Positions 8,601-19,267 of a DNA stretch of 64,000 bases are shown in pieces. The DNA lies in the NCBI GenBank assembly GCA_041391245.1, contig JAWKOJ010000016.1, forward strand, positions 50,607-114,606, read 5' to 3'. The translations under genes were made by a program, and so were the position numbers. Origin of the DNA: Caldilineales bacterium (lineage in GTDB: Bacteria > Chloroflexota > Anaerolineae > JAAEKA01). A model generated the notes under the pieces. The model was not told the origin of the DNA. It saw only the letters and a program-made list of their open reading frames with translations, and made no database searches. The first letter of the stretch is position 1. Every line of letters starts with the position of its first letter.

Positions 8601-11600
8601 GAGCGAACAAGCAATCTGGAGCCGGCATCACCCTGTCACGCACGAGGCTCGCACAACGGTTGACGATCATTGCGTCTGCGCAGCAGCTCTGCGGGAGTCC
8701 GCCCGCCCGAGACGGCAAGGGGACGGTGGTTCGCCGACCTGGAGGTGACCGCCCTGGCGACATTGGCCGGAGAGTGCAGGCGCTGCCATGGGGTCACCCG
8801 CGAGCCCGGGGTGCTGAGGTACTCGGCGACGCAGCTGCCTCTCGCCGCGGCCACGAGGTTGCTCTCCGAGACGACGGTCGCTCTGGTGTGCGACGATCTG
8901 CCGGAAGGCGTGCATCTGCTGAACATGGGAAGGCACCAACTCAAGGACATGCGCCGTCCTGAGCAGATCCAGCAACTGGCCATTGATGGCATGCCGAGGA
9001 GTTCCCCTCCGCTCAACTCGCTGGTGTCGCTCGGCCAACCGGTCCTGGCAGCGGATGGCAACGGCGTGCGCGAGCCGCGCACCGTCGGCGCGTGCCGCCC
9101 TACTGCGGCCTGGCAGCCTTCCGCGAGCTGGACGAAGGCGTCTTCTTTGGCCGCGCAGGTGTTCACCGGCCAACTTGTCGACTCGGTGCGGCAGCAAGGG
9201 CTGGTGGCTGTGATCGTCGGACCGTCGGGGTCGGGCAAGTCGTCGGTGGTCTTCGCCGGGCTGCTGCCGCTTGCAGCGCAACGACGGCTGGCTGCTGGCA
9301 ACGCTGCGCCCCGGTGGACGACCGTTCCACGCGCTAAGTCGGCGCGCTGCTGCCGCTGCTGGACGACCAACTGGGCGAGACCGACCGGCTGATCGAGGTA
9401 GAAAAGCTGGCGCGCGCGCTGCGCGCGGGGGAGTTGTCGCTGCACCCGGTGGTGGAGCGGGTCTTGCAGCGACATCCAGACGCCCAACGGTTGCTGTTGG
9501 TCGTCGACCAGTTCGAGGAACTGTTCACCCAACGACCCAATCCCACCGACCAGCGCCAGTTCCTGGACGAGGGCTCGCTGGCAGCCAGCCGGGCGGCATC
9601 CGACCGATGGACATCGCGGTTGGTGGTGCTGTTGACAATGTGCGCTGATTTCATGGGGCAGGCGCTGACCCACCGTCCATTCGCCGACGCCCTTGCAGGA
9701 GGGATCGCTGCTGCTGGGTCCCATGAACCGCAGCGAGTTGCAGGCTGTGGTGGAGAAGCCGGCCGAGCCGCGCGGCGCAGCCTTCGAGACAGGCCTGGTG
9801 GCGAGGATCCTGGACGACGTGGGCGAGGAGCCTGGCAACCTGCCGCTGCTGGAGTTCGCCCTGTCGCTGCTGTGGGAGCGGATGGATCAGGGCTGGATGA
9901 CCCACGAGGCGTATGACGCCATCGGCCGGGTGGACGGCGTTGGCCCGCTATGCCGAGGATGTCTACAGCGGGTGCCGTTTGCCGGCCAACAGGCCGCCGC
10001 CCAGCGCATCTTCATCCAACTGGTCCAGCCGGGCGAAGGAACCGAGGACACGCGCCGGGTTGCCAGCCGGGCTGAGCTGGGCATGACCCGCATTGGCCGC
10101 TGGTGCAGTACCTGGCAGACAAGCGGCTGATCGTCACCGGCCAGGACGACGCCGGTCGCGCAGACGGTGGAGGTGGTGCACGAGGCGCTGATCCGCAGTT
10201 GGCAGCGGCTGCGTTTCCGGATCGGCGCGGATCGGGCCTCCTGCGCCTGGCAGGAGGGGCTGGTGGGCCGCCATGCGCCAGTGGCAGGCCAACGAGCATG
10301 ACGAGGGGGCGTTGTTACGCGGCGCGCCGCTGGTGGCCGCCGAAACCTGGCTGGCCGAACGTGGCGACGAACTCAGCCCGGCCATGAGCGCAGCTTCATC
10401 GAGACCAGCGTCGCCTTTCGCGCCAGCGAGCAAGCCCGGCGTGAGCGACGGCGGCGCATGATTATCGCCGGTCTGGCGAGTGGCCTTGTCATCGCCCTGA
10501 TCCCGCTGGGTGTGGCCATCTACCAGGGGAACGCCGCCACCAACAGCGCTGAGGAGGTCCAGGCCGCTGCCAGCAGTTGAGGCTGAACGTGCAAAAAAAA
10601 GAGATTGAGGTAGCCGCTCGCTCCACAGCCGAGGCACAGGCTTTGATCCAGGCCAGCATCGGTTTAGCATCTCAATCGGTGCTGGAGCCCAACGTGGGGT
10701 TCCAGAGCGTGCCGTTCCCTTTCGGGCTCTTGAGGCTGTGGAGAACTATCCGTATACCTGGCATGCTGAACGGGCTTTGAGCCAGGCTGTGTTCGGAAAC
10801 CATCTACGACAAGTTCTTGTCAACGACGGTGGCGTGAATACAGCCCTCCTTTGGTCACCCGACGGCACTCGACCGTGACGGCAACCGACAAGGAGGCAAG
10901 CATTTGGGATGCCGTAACTGGCGCTCTACTATATGTTCTTCAACCCGATAGTCCAATGTACGGTGCCGGTTGGTCTCCCGATGGGAGTCGCGCTTGGATC
11001 AACGGGAACGGTTTCGCATCGCTTTGGGATGCAATGACTGGGAGCACTTGTTTACACTCAGCAGCCACGAAGGCTGGTTGAGTATGTTGAGCTGGTCACC
11101 AGATGGCAGCCGTATTCCACAACCGGCCAGGATACCACAGCCCGGATATGGATGCTTCCACTGGACAGGAATTGGTCCTTTTTCTCAGGTCATGGTGCAG
11201 CCTCTTTCTTCCTGTGTTAGTCAATGCACACCAGAAACGTCGGCCTGGTCACCCAACGGCGAGCGTGTTGTTACTATGGACGAAGCTGGCGAAGTGTTCA
11301 TCTGGGACCCCGGGACCGGGCAGGAACTGCTCGAATTGTCGGGGCATACAGCGTGGGTCGACAGCGCGATCTGGTCACCGGACGGGCGGCGAATTGCTAC
11401 AAGCAGCGACGACAACACGTCGAGAATCTGGGATGCCAACACGGGCGAAGCAGTTGGTTCAAATACACTGGCGATGGCGGAGAGGCATACGCCAGATGGT
11501 CACCAAAAGGCGATCGAGTGTTGTTGATCTACAGCCTGAACGATCTGTTGGTAGTGTGGGACGCCAATAGCGGCGAGGAGATTGTCAACTTTCGCATCAT

Positions 11601-12817
11601 GAGAACAAGGTTCTGTGGGCCGATTGGTTCGCCGGATGGCTCACGCATTGTTTCGGGAGGTCAAGATGGCAAAGCCTTGATCTGGGACAGCGCCACCGGT
11701 GAGGCATTGTACGAATTCGCAGGCCATGCCAAGGATGTCAACTTCGTCAGATGGTCGCCAACCAACGATCAGATCGTCACAGCAAGCGACGACGGCACCG
11801 CCAAGATATGGAGCCTGACAGCCCAAATGACGGCTATGGAGATTCCGGGGACCCCGGTGGCGCTTGGGCGCTTGACTGGTCTCCCTCCGGTGATCGTGTT
11901 GCCCGGAACTATATGGACGGTTCAGTACACATATTCGACGCCGTGACGGGGGAGTGAGTTGGCAGCCACCGAGGCCCAAAGCGGACGCAATAGGGCAATC
12001 GTGAACGTCGAGTTCTCGCCCCTCGGGAGATGAAATATTGACTGCTGCCATTGGTGGGTTGGCAGCAGTCTATGACGCTAGCACAGGGGAAAAGCGAATA
12101 CAGGTTGGCGAGGAGACGACCTGGGGTTTCAACGATGCTGCCTGGTCTCCCAACGGTAACGAGTTTGCGACCGGCTCCTGGGACGGAAGCGTCCAGATAT
12201 GGAATGCGCAAAACTGGGGACTTGCGCTTGACTTCAACGAACATCGGGGCACCAGTTTCCGGTTGCTTTGGTCACGGCATACGCGAACGTATCGCGTCTA
12301 CCAGCGAAGGCCAGGCCATCATTTGGAACTCCTCGACCGGCGAGGTCTTGGCTAGTCTGTATCCAGAGGACTTCGAATTCGATCTCGGTCAACCTTCCTA
12401 GTCCCCCGATGGCACACGTCTGGCCCCTGCCAGCAGTGGACGGGAAGATCACTATCTGGGATACTGCTACGGGACAATCTCTCAACACACTTCCCGGCCA
12501 GCGGAGCTGCGATCGCGTTAGTCAGTTGGTTTCCAGAACAGGATCGCATCCTGACGTCCGACTGGGGCGGCAACATCAAAATATGGGACATCGCCAGGAA
12601 CAGAAGTTGCCAGCTTTGCTTTTCCCACAACAGCTTGGCAGGTCTTCTGTCGCCCGATGGCCGCCAGTTTGTGGAGGGCGTGTGGCCTGATGGCCCGCTG
12701 GTCATTGTCAATGTCTGGCAGAACCTGGGAAGAATTGAAAGATCTGGCCCAGGAGTGCTGCGTCTTCCGCGACCTGACGTCGGATGAGCGGCAGCAGCTC
12801 TGGTTTGCCGCCGGTAG
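8601..12817 (+). pseudogene. Cyclase - nSTAND1-like NTPase - WD40 repeat protein, frameshifted, start codon lost, cyclase domain partly deleted (copy 2)
   Basis: Fragments across frames: GLVAVIVGPSGSGKSSVVFAGLLP, LLLVVDQFEELFTQ, QRIFIQLVQPGEGTEDTRRVASRAELG. Many WD40 units, e.g. IVSGGQDGKALIWDSATGEALYEFAGHAKDVNFVRWSPTNDQIVTASDDGTAKIW. The 5' end is homologous at DNA level to the N-terminus of the 12857 gene but lacks the ATG. Confidence 0.7.
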
Positions 12818-12856
12818 TGCAGGCCGAATAGCAGACTGCGTTGTGGAGAATTCACG

Positions 12857-15800
12857 ATGTCCGAAGGTACCAATCTGGAAGCGGCGATCGCCGTGCTCGA
12901 AGCGCAACGAACCGTGCTCGGCGATGCAACGGTCGATGCGTCCATCGCTGTCCTGCGCCGGCAACTTGCGGAGTCCCGAAACGGCCCTGCCCGACGAACA
13001 GCGCAAGCTGGTGACGGTGCTGTTCGCCGACCTGGCCGGCTGGACCGCCCTGGGCGAGCAGTTGGACCCGGAGGAGGTGCAGGCCATCCAGCGCGCCTAC
13101 TTCGACGCGGTCACACCGCCCATCGAGCAGCACGGCGGCAGCGTCGAGAAGTACATCGGCGACGCAGTGCTGGCCGTCTTCGGGGTCCCGCAGGCGCACG
13201 AGGACGACCCCGAGCGCGCCGTCCGCGCCGCCCTGGCCATGCAGGACGCGGTCGCTGCCCTGAACACCACGCTCGCAACATCGTCCAACTCTTCCTCTGC
13301 CCTTCTGACCTCTGTTCTTCTGCCGTCTGTCCCTCTGCCACTCTCCCTGCGCATCGGCGTCCACACCGGCCTGGTGGTCAGCAGCGTGGACGAGAGTGGT
13401 GACTTCGTGGTCACCGGCGACACGGTCAACCTGGCATCGCGCCTGCAAAGCGCCGCCGAGCCGGGCACTGTGCTGATCAGTGCGGAGACGCACCGGCTGG
13501 CCGGCTCTGCATTCGAGACGGAAGCTGTCGGACCGCTGGCGGTCAAGGGCAAGGCCGAGCCGGTGTCCGCTTGGCGCGTCCTGGCCATCAAGCCCGCGGC
13601 GCCCAAGCTGCGCGGCATCGCCGGGCTGGACTCGCCGCTGGTCGGCCGAGCGGCTGAAATGACAGCCCTGCGCGAGGCGCTGAACTACCTGCAGCGCGGT
13701 GTCGGCGGCATCGTCACGGTCGTGGGCGAGGCCGGCATCGGCAAGTCGCGCCTGCTGGCCGAACTGCGCAAGTCGCAACAGCTTTCCGACCAGCGACCAG
13801 CGATCACCGTCCACTGGCTCGAGGGCCGCTGCCTCTCGTTCGGCGCCACTATTCCTTACCTGCTTTGGCTGGACGTGCTGCGCAGCGCGCTGGAGGTAAG
13901 CCTGGACGACCCGTCGGAGGAGGTGATCGGGCGACTGCGAGCCTGGACGGAGAACTTTTGCCCGGACCGCATCTCCGACGTCTTCCCCTATCTGGCCCGC
14001 CTGATGTCGCTGCCGCTGGACGCCGAGACCCTGGCCGACCTGACGGAGCTTGACGGGCAGACTCTCAAGCAACGCACCTTCCAGGCGGTAGAAATCGCGC
14101 TGACCTGCGCCGCCTACCGCCAGCCGCTGGCGGTGGTGTTGGAGGATCTGCACTGGGCCGATCCCAGCTCGCTGGAGTTGCTGCAACATCTCGTTCCTCT
14201 GATCGATCGCTCGGCGCTACTCTTGATCCTGGTCTTCCGGCCCCACGCCGACCACGGCTCGTGGATCGTGCGCGAGACCGCCGGTCGTGACTACCACCAT
14301 CGCCACACCGACTTGTGGCTGCAGCCGCTGTCGGCTGCTGACAGCGAGGCGCTGGTGGGCAACCTGCTGCGGGTCGACGCCTTGCCGCAGTCGCTGCGCT
14401 GGCGCATCCTCGGTCGCGCCGAGGGCAACCCCTTCTTCGTCGAGGAAGTGATCCGCACCCTGATCGACATGCAGGCCATCGCCTACGACCCAACCAGCGG
14501 CCGCTGGCTGGCCACCCGCGACCTGGCCGAGGTGCCGATCCCGGAGACGTTGCAAGGGGTGATCGCAGCCCGCATCGACCGCCTGCATGGCGACACCCGC
14601 CATGTGCTGCAACTGGCGTCGGTGATCGGTCGCATCTTTCTCTACCGCGTGCTGGCGGCCATTGCCGCGGAGGAACACGCACTGGACGACAGGCTGCTGG
14701 CCTTGCAGCGGGAGGAGTTGATCCGTGAGCGGGCGCGCATCCCCGAACTGGAGTACATCTTCAAGCACGAATTGACGCGCGAGGCGGCCTACAACGGCAT
14801 CCTCAAGCGCCAGCGCAAGCAGTTCCACCGCCAGGTGGCCGAAGCACTGGAGCGACTCTTTCCCGACAGGGTTGATGAAATGGCCGGACTGCTGGCATAC
14901 CACTGGGAGCGGGCTGAGGAGTTCGACAAGGCGACCGGATGCTTGTTGACGGCCGGCGAGCAGGCGCAGTTTGCCTATGCACTCCACGAGGCCGCCGGCT
15001 TCTACGAACGCGCCTTGCTGTTGCTTGCCGAGGGGCAAGACGCCGATCGCCAGGCGCACGTGTCTGCCAGGCTGGGGATAATCCACCAGACCGCCGGCGA
15101 CTACAAGCGGTCCCGGGCCGCCTTCCAAAACAGTTTTGTCTTCTGGGAGCAGGCGTCAAGCCACTATCTTCAGTGGGGATCCTCCTCGCCCCCGGCTCCC
15201 CATCCGCTCCGCTTTCCTGCAGACGAGCCTGAACGCCTTTGTCCGATTACCATACAAGGGGGCCATAACTGGCGCCTGCTCTATCACCTTTTCCGCGGCC
15301 TAAATCGCTGGTCCTCGGTCATGGATACCAATGCTTTGGCCGACGTGGCAAGTTCATGGGAAGTATCCGAAGACGGTCGGCGGTACCTTTTTGGTCTACG
15401 CCAGAACACGACATGGAGCGATGGCACGAGGGTTTCCGCTGGCGACTTTGAGTATGCATGGCGTTACCGACTCGATCCTGGCGTCGGTGCTGCCATGGCC
15501 CCAATGCTTGATTTCGTCCAAGGAGCGCGAGCCTTTCGTATGGGAGAAGAAACCGACCCCGCCAGCATTGGCGTTCATGCGCTGGATGACGTCACACTAT
15601 CGATAGAAACTGAGAAACCCTTGACTTTGCTGCCATATCTCGTAGCCAACCTACCCACTTACCCCGTTCCACGCCATACCATTGAACGCTACGGTGAGGC
15701 TTGGACCGATCCTGATAATCTGGTGACCAATGGTCCGTTTCGGCTGGAGTCCTGGCGGCGCGGCGAGTCGATGACCGTCGGTCTGGATCCTGGCTACGAC

Positions 15801-16712
15801 CGGCCGGTCTACGGCAACATACGGCAGGTGCAGTTGTACTTCCTGCCTGACGCCGAAGCGGACCTTGCGATGTACCAGGCCGATCTCCTGGATGTGATCG
15901 ATCTGTCAGGTTTCCCGCTGCCGATGTTGGACGATCTCCGAAGGCGTTACAGCGAGGAGTTTCGTACGTTATCCAGCTATGGCCTTGATTGCCTGATCTT
16001 TCAAACCTCGCGCCCGCCGTTCGATGACCCCCAGGTACGCCGCGCCTTCGTTCATGCCGTCGATATCGAAAAGCTGGCCAACAAAGTTCTGATGGGTTAT
16101 GAACTTCCGGCCACTATGGGCCTGTTCCCACCAGGCTTTCCCGGCCATTCATCGGCTAGCGTCCTGGCACACGATCCAGAACAGGCCCAAGCGTTGCTGG
16201 CCAAGGCTGGCTATCCGGCCGGTCGCGGCCTGCCCGTTGTCGAGCTTCTTGCCGGCGGCGCGCCGGGAACCGCGGCGTGGAGCCGTCGCACCGGGTTCAA
16301 CACCGCCATTCTTGATTACGTGGCGACGCAGTGGCGGGAGGTGCTAGGGGCCGACATAGACATCCAACTCATCACGTATCTTGCACTGCGCAGCCGGCTC
16401 AAAGTACTCGTTCCTGACGTAAGATTGACCTTCTTCGAGCCCAACTATCCCGATCCTGAAAGTTTCTTGAGCTTATTCAGCACGTTCAGCCTGTGGAAGG
16501 ATTCTCGCTGCGAGCACCTGCTGGCTGCTGCGAGAAAGGAATCAGACATCGCCAGAAGAATGGCGCTTTTTGAGGCAGCGCATAAACATATCCTGGACGA
16601 GGCAACCATAGTGCCCCTTCTCTACCGGTTGGACTACTACCTGATGAAGCCCTGGAATCGCGTTGGCAAGGGCGGACGGTATTGGCAGGACTTCGTGCTG
16701 CTGCCGCATTAG
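12857..16712 (+). CDS. Class III cyclase - AAA/STAND-type ATPase - TPR - family-5 solute-binding-protein (OppA/DppA-like) domain fusion; one N-terminal frameshift
   Basis: Cyclase motifs KLVTVLFADLAGWT, EKYIGDAVLAVFG and GDTVNLASRLQ; P-loop GEAGIGKSRL. The C-terminal ~480 aa carry SBP_bac_5-like sequence (WSDGTRVSAGDFEYAW, LVTNGPFRLESW). The first ~38 codons (MSEGTNLEAAIAVLEAQRTVLGD...) are in another frame than the rest, with the shift near 12965-12990. In-frame ATGs at 12924 and 12936 are alternative starts. Confidence 0.75.
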
Positions 16713-16797
16713 TCGCAACCATCCGGTGCAGCACCAGGGCAGTCGGCCACAGGTGCTGGCGGAAACATCCTCAATTTCCGCGAGTTCCTCCTCCAGT

Positions 16798-16813
16798 TGT
16801 GAACTACTTCATA
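16798..16813 (+). promoter_or_regulatory. CRP-type box TGTGA-N6-TCATA, extended TCATAGCG
   Basis: TGTGAACTACTTCATA followed by GCG. 21 nt downstream lies GACAAT (16835..16840), which places the box centre near -41.5 of a predicted start. Confidence 0.45.
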
Positions 16814-16882
16814 GCGCAACCAGCCGTTTTGTGCGACAATAGGGATGCGGCAACATAATTCAAGGCAAAGGAGGATGGGGCA

Positions 16883-17128
16883 ATGACCAGACGCGCCGTG
16901 GAAGCTATCATTGGGAAGGCAGCGTTGGACGAGGAGTTTCGCAACGCCTTGTTTGCCGATCCTGACACGATCCTGACCGGGTTCCCGTTGACAAGAACTG
17001 AACGGGTGGCACTCATGGCAATCGACTCCGAGTCGCTGGAGTTCTTCGCCACCAGCCCCGGCGTGCTGATGGCCCAGTCCCTTCTTCTTCAACTCAACAC
17101 CCACGAGGGCATCATGCCGAGAGATTGA
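16883..17128 (+). CDS. Small leader-peptide-like protein P3
   Basis: ATG preceded by AAGGAGG. AVEAIIGKAALDEEFRNALFADPDTILTGFPLTRTERVAL matches P1/P2. Confidence 0.65.
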   Translation: MTRRAVEAIIGKAALDEEFRNALFADPDTILTGFPLTRTERVALMAIDSESLEFFATSPGVLMAQSLLLQLNTHEGIMPRD

Positions 17129-17328
17129 TGAGGGTCGGACAACCAGTCCGGCGCTGGCCGAACCGGTTTGTCGTTCCCGTTTGCCTGGAATCCCCCCTTC
17201 ACGTTCCCAGGTTGCCGCTTGCATGCGAACGACGATGTTTTCCGAGCTTGATTCCAACCCCTCTCCATCCATTTTGCCCCTGGTTTCCAATCAGCACAGC
17301 GTTGCAGCACAGCCGCCTCTCGACGCGG

Positions 17329-17357
17329 TTGCTTTTCTCTACCTTCTGAGCTATACT
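17329..17357 (+). promoter_or_regulatory. Sigma70-like promoter TTGCTT-N17-TATACT
   Basis: Read directly, about 80 nt upstream of the Crp paralog 2 start. Confidence 0.3.
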
Positions 17358-17436
17358 CCCTGTCGCCACATTCAATGGAAATGGTGGTTCGTCCCACAGT
17401 CCGATATACCACGCTGACCAATCGCGCTGGAGCACC

Positions 17437-18117
17437 ATGTCTCAGGTGGATCTGCTGCGCAAAGCCCCAATATTCGAAAGCCTCAGCGATGCTGAGCTGC
17501 AGGCGCTGGCTGCCAGCTTGAAGCAGCGAACTTTTGCGCGCGGCGTCGTGATCTTTCACAAAGGAAGTCCAGGGAACTCGCTTTACCTCATCGAGTCGGG
17601 CAAGGTGCGGATCTTCATCCTCAGCGACTCCGGCCAGGAAATCACCATCAACACTCATGGCCCGGAAGAGTGCTTTGGCGAGTTGGCGCTGCTGGATGGA
17701 CTGCCTCGCTCGGCCAGCGCGGTCAGCCTCGACCGCACGACCAGCTACGTGCTCCAGCGAGAAGACTTTCTGGCAATCCTTGAGTCGCATCCGGGCATGG
17801 TGCGCGCAATTCTTGCACTGCTGAGCGGAAGGGTTCGCCACGCGACCGCGTACGCCGAAAGCCTGGCCTTCCTGGATGTCCAGAGCCGGATCGCGGCGAC
17901 CTTGCTGGCACTGGCCGACCGCCATGGCATCGAGCGGGAAGGGATCGAGATCGACCTGCGGCTCACGCAGAGCGATCTCGCGAGCTATGTCGCGGCCTCC
18001 CGCGAGAGCGTCAACAAGGCGCTGGGCTGGCTGCGCGACCAGGGTCTCGTGGAAGTGGACGGACACACCGTCATCGTGCTCGATGCACAAAGACTGCGCG
18101 ATCTGATCCAGTACTGA
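17437..18117 (+). CDS. Crp/Fnr-family transcription factor, paralog 2
   Basis: 226 aa. FGELALLDGLPRSA and SRESVNKALGWLRDQGLV. Paralog of 1007..1687. Confidence 0.9.
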   Translation: MSQVDLLRKAPIFESLSDAELQALAASLKQRTFARGVVIFHKGSPGNSLYLIESGKVRIFILSDSGQEITINTHGPEECFGELALLDGLPRSASAVSLDRTTSYVLQREDFLAILESHPGMVRAILALLSGRVRHATAYAESLAFLDVQSRIAATLLALADRHGIEREGIEIDLRLTQSDLASYVAASRESVNKALGWLRDQGLVEVDGHTVIVLDAQRLRDLIQY

Positions 18118-18130
18118 CAGGAGTAGACAG

Positions 18131-18983
18131 ATGCAGACTCGTCGTTTTGGCCGCACAGGCCATATGAGCACCGTAGCCATCTTTGGCGCGGCCGCGCTGT
18201 GGAAGGCCACGCAGGCAGAGGCTGACGCCGTCGTGGAACAGGTGATAGCCGCTGGCGTCAACCACTTCGACGTTGCTCCCTCCTACGGACTGGCTGAAGA
18301 GCGCCTGGGACCGTGGATGCCGCGCCTGCGCGACCAGATTTTCCTCGGCTGCAAGACCATGGAGCGGGATGCGGCCGGCGCCGCCGCGGAGTTGCGTCGC
18401 TCGCTGGACCTGCTGCAAGTCGACTCGTTCGACCTATACCAGATCCACGCCGTGGAGACCATGGCCGATCTGGACGCAGCAACCCGGTCCGGCGGCGCGC
18501 TGGACGCAATCGTCAAGGCGCGACGAGGGGCTGACCAGGCACATTGGAATCACCGGCCACGGCGTCCAGTCGCCGGCCGTATTTCGCGAGGCACTGCGCC
18601 GCTTCGACTTCGACTCGGTGCTGTTCCCCATCAACTTCGTGCAGTTTGCCAACCCTGAGTACCGGCGCCACGCCGAGGCGCTGCTGGGCTCGTGCCGATC
18701 AAAAGATGTGGGCACCATGATCATCAAGGCGATCACGCGCAGTCCGTGGGGCGACATGCCAAAGACGCACCAGACCTGGTATCGGCCGTTCACCGACCCG
18801 GACGACATTCAACGCGCGGTCAACTTCGCGTTGTCGCTGGATGTAACCGGCCTCTGCACGGCCGGCGACCCCAAGGTGCTGCCGCTGATGCTGCGCGCCT
18901 GCCAGGAGTTCCAGCCGCTGGACGTGGCGCAGCGCCAGGCAATGATTGATACGGCCGCTACGTACGAGCCCCTTTTCGTCTAG
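18131..18983 (+). CDS. Aldo/keto reductase, interrupted by one frameshift near 18520
   Basis: N-terminal part in ORF 18131..18658 (RFGRTGHMSTVAIFGAAAL, DLYQIHAV). The continuation EGLTRHIGITGHG... is in ORF 18273..18983. The junction at GCGCG looks like a 1-nt deletion. Confidence 0.75.
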
Positions 18984-19202
18984 ACCATCGCCAGAAACGG
19001 GGTGTGTTGAATCTGGTTGGTCGGCGTCGGTCGAGTAGCGGGTCCGACACTCTGGTCTCGCACCTTTGCGCCGCACGCATGTGCAGGTGTCCGACGCGGT
19101 CCTTCTATGGTGCCTTACCTCAATCCGCTACCCCACTCCGGGGTGCTTCGCAATCGACCGACGTTTCGTTCTCTGCACCCTCCACCCATCTCAAACACGC
19201 CC

Positions 19203-19235
19203 TAAACAAAACCGCGCCTCGTGTTGAGACGCGGT
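19203..19235 (-). terminator. Rho-independent terminator downstream of the histidine kinase gene
   Basis: Minus-strand hairpin ACCGCGTCTC/GAGGCGCGGT followed by TTTTGTTT. Confidence 0.45.
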
Positions 19236-19267
19236 GGCTGCTACGGCCGCGATCGGGAGGCGGGCTG

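Noticed and set aside
17129-17436. Extra small gene or decayed M50/P-family remnant between P3 and Crp paralog 2.
   Set aside because: The ORFs here (17125-17349, 17181-17417) show no family pattern. A sigma70-like promoter for Crp2 explains part of the spacer.
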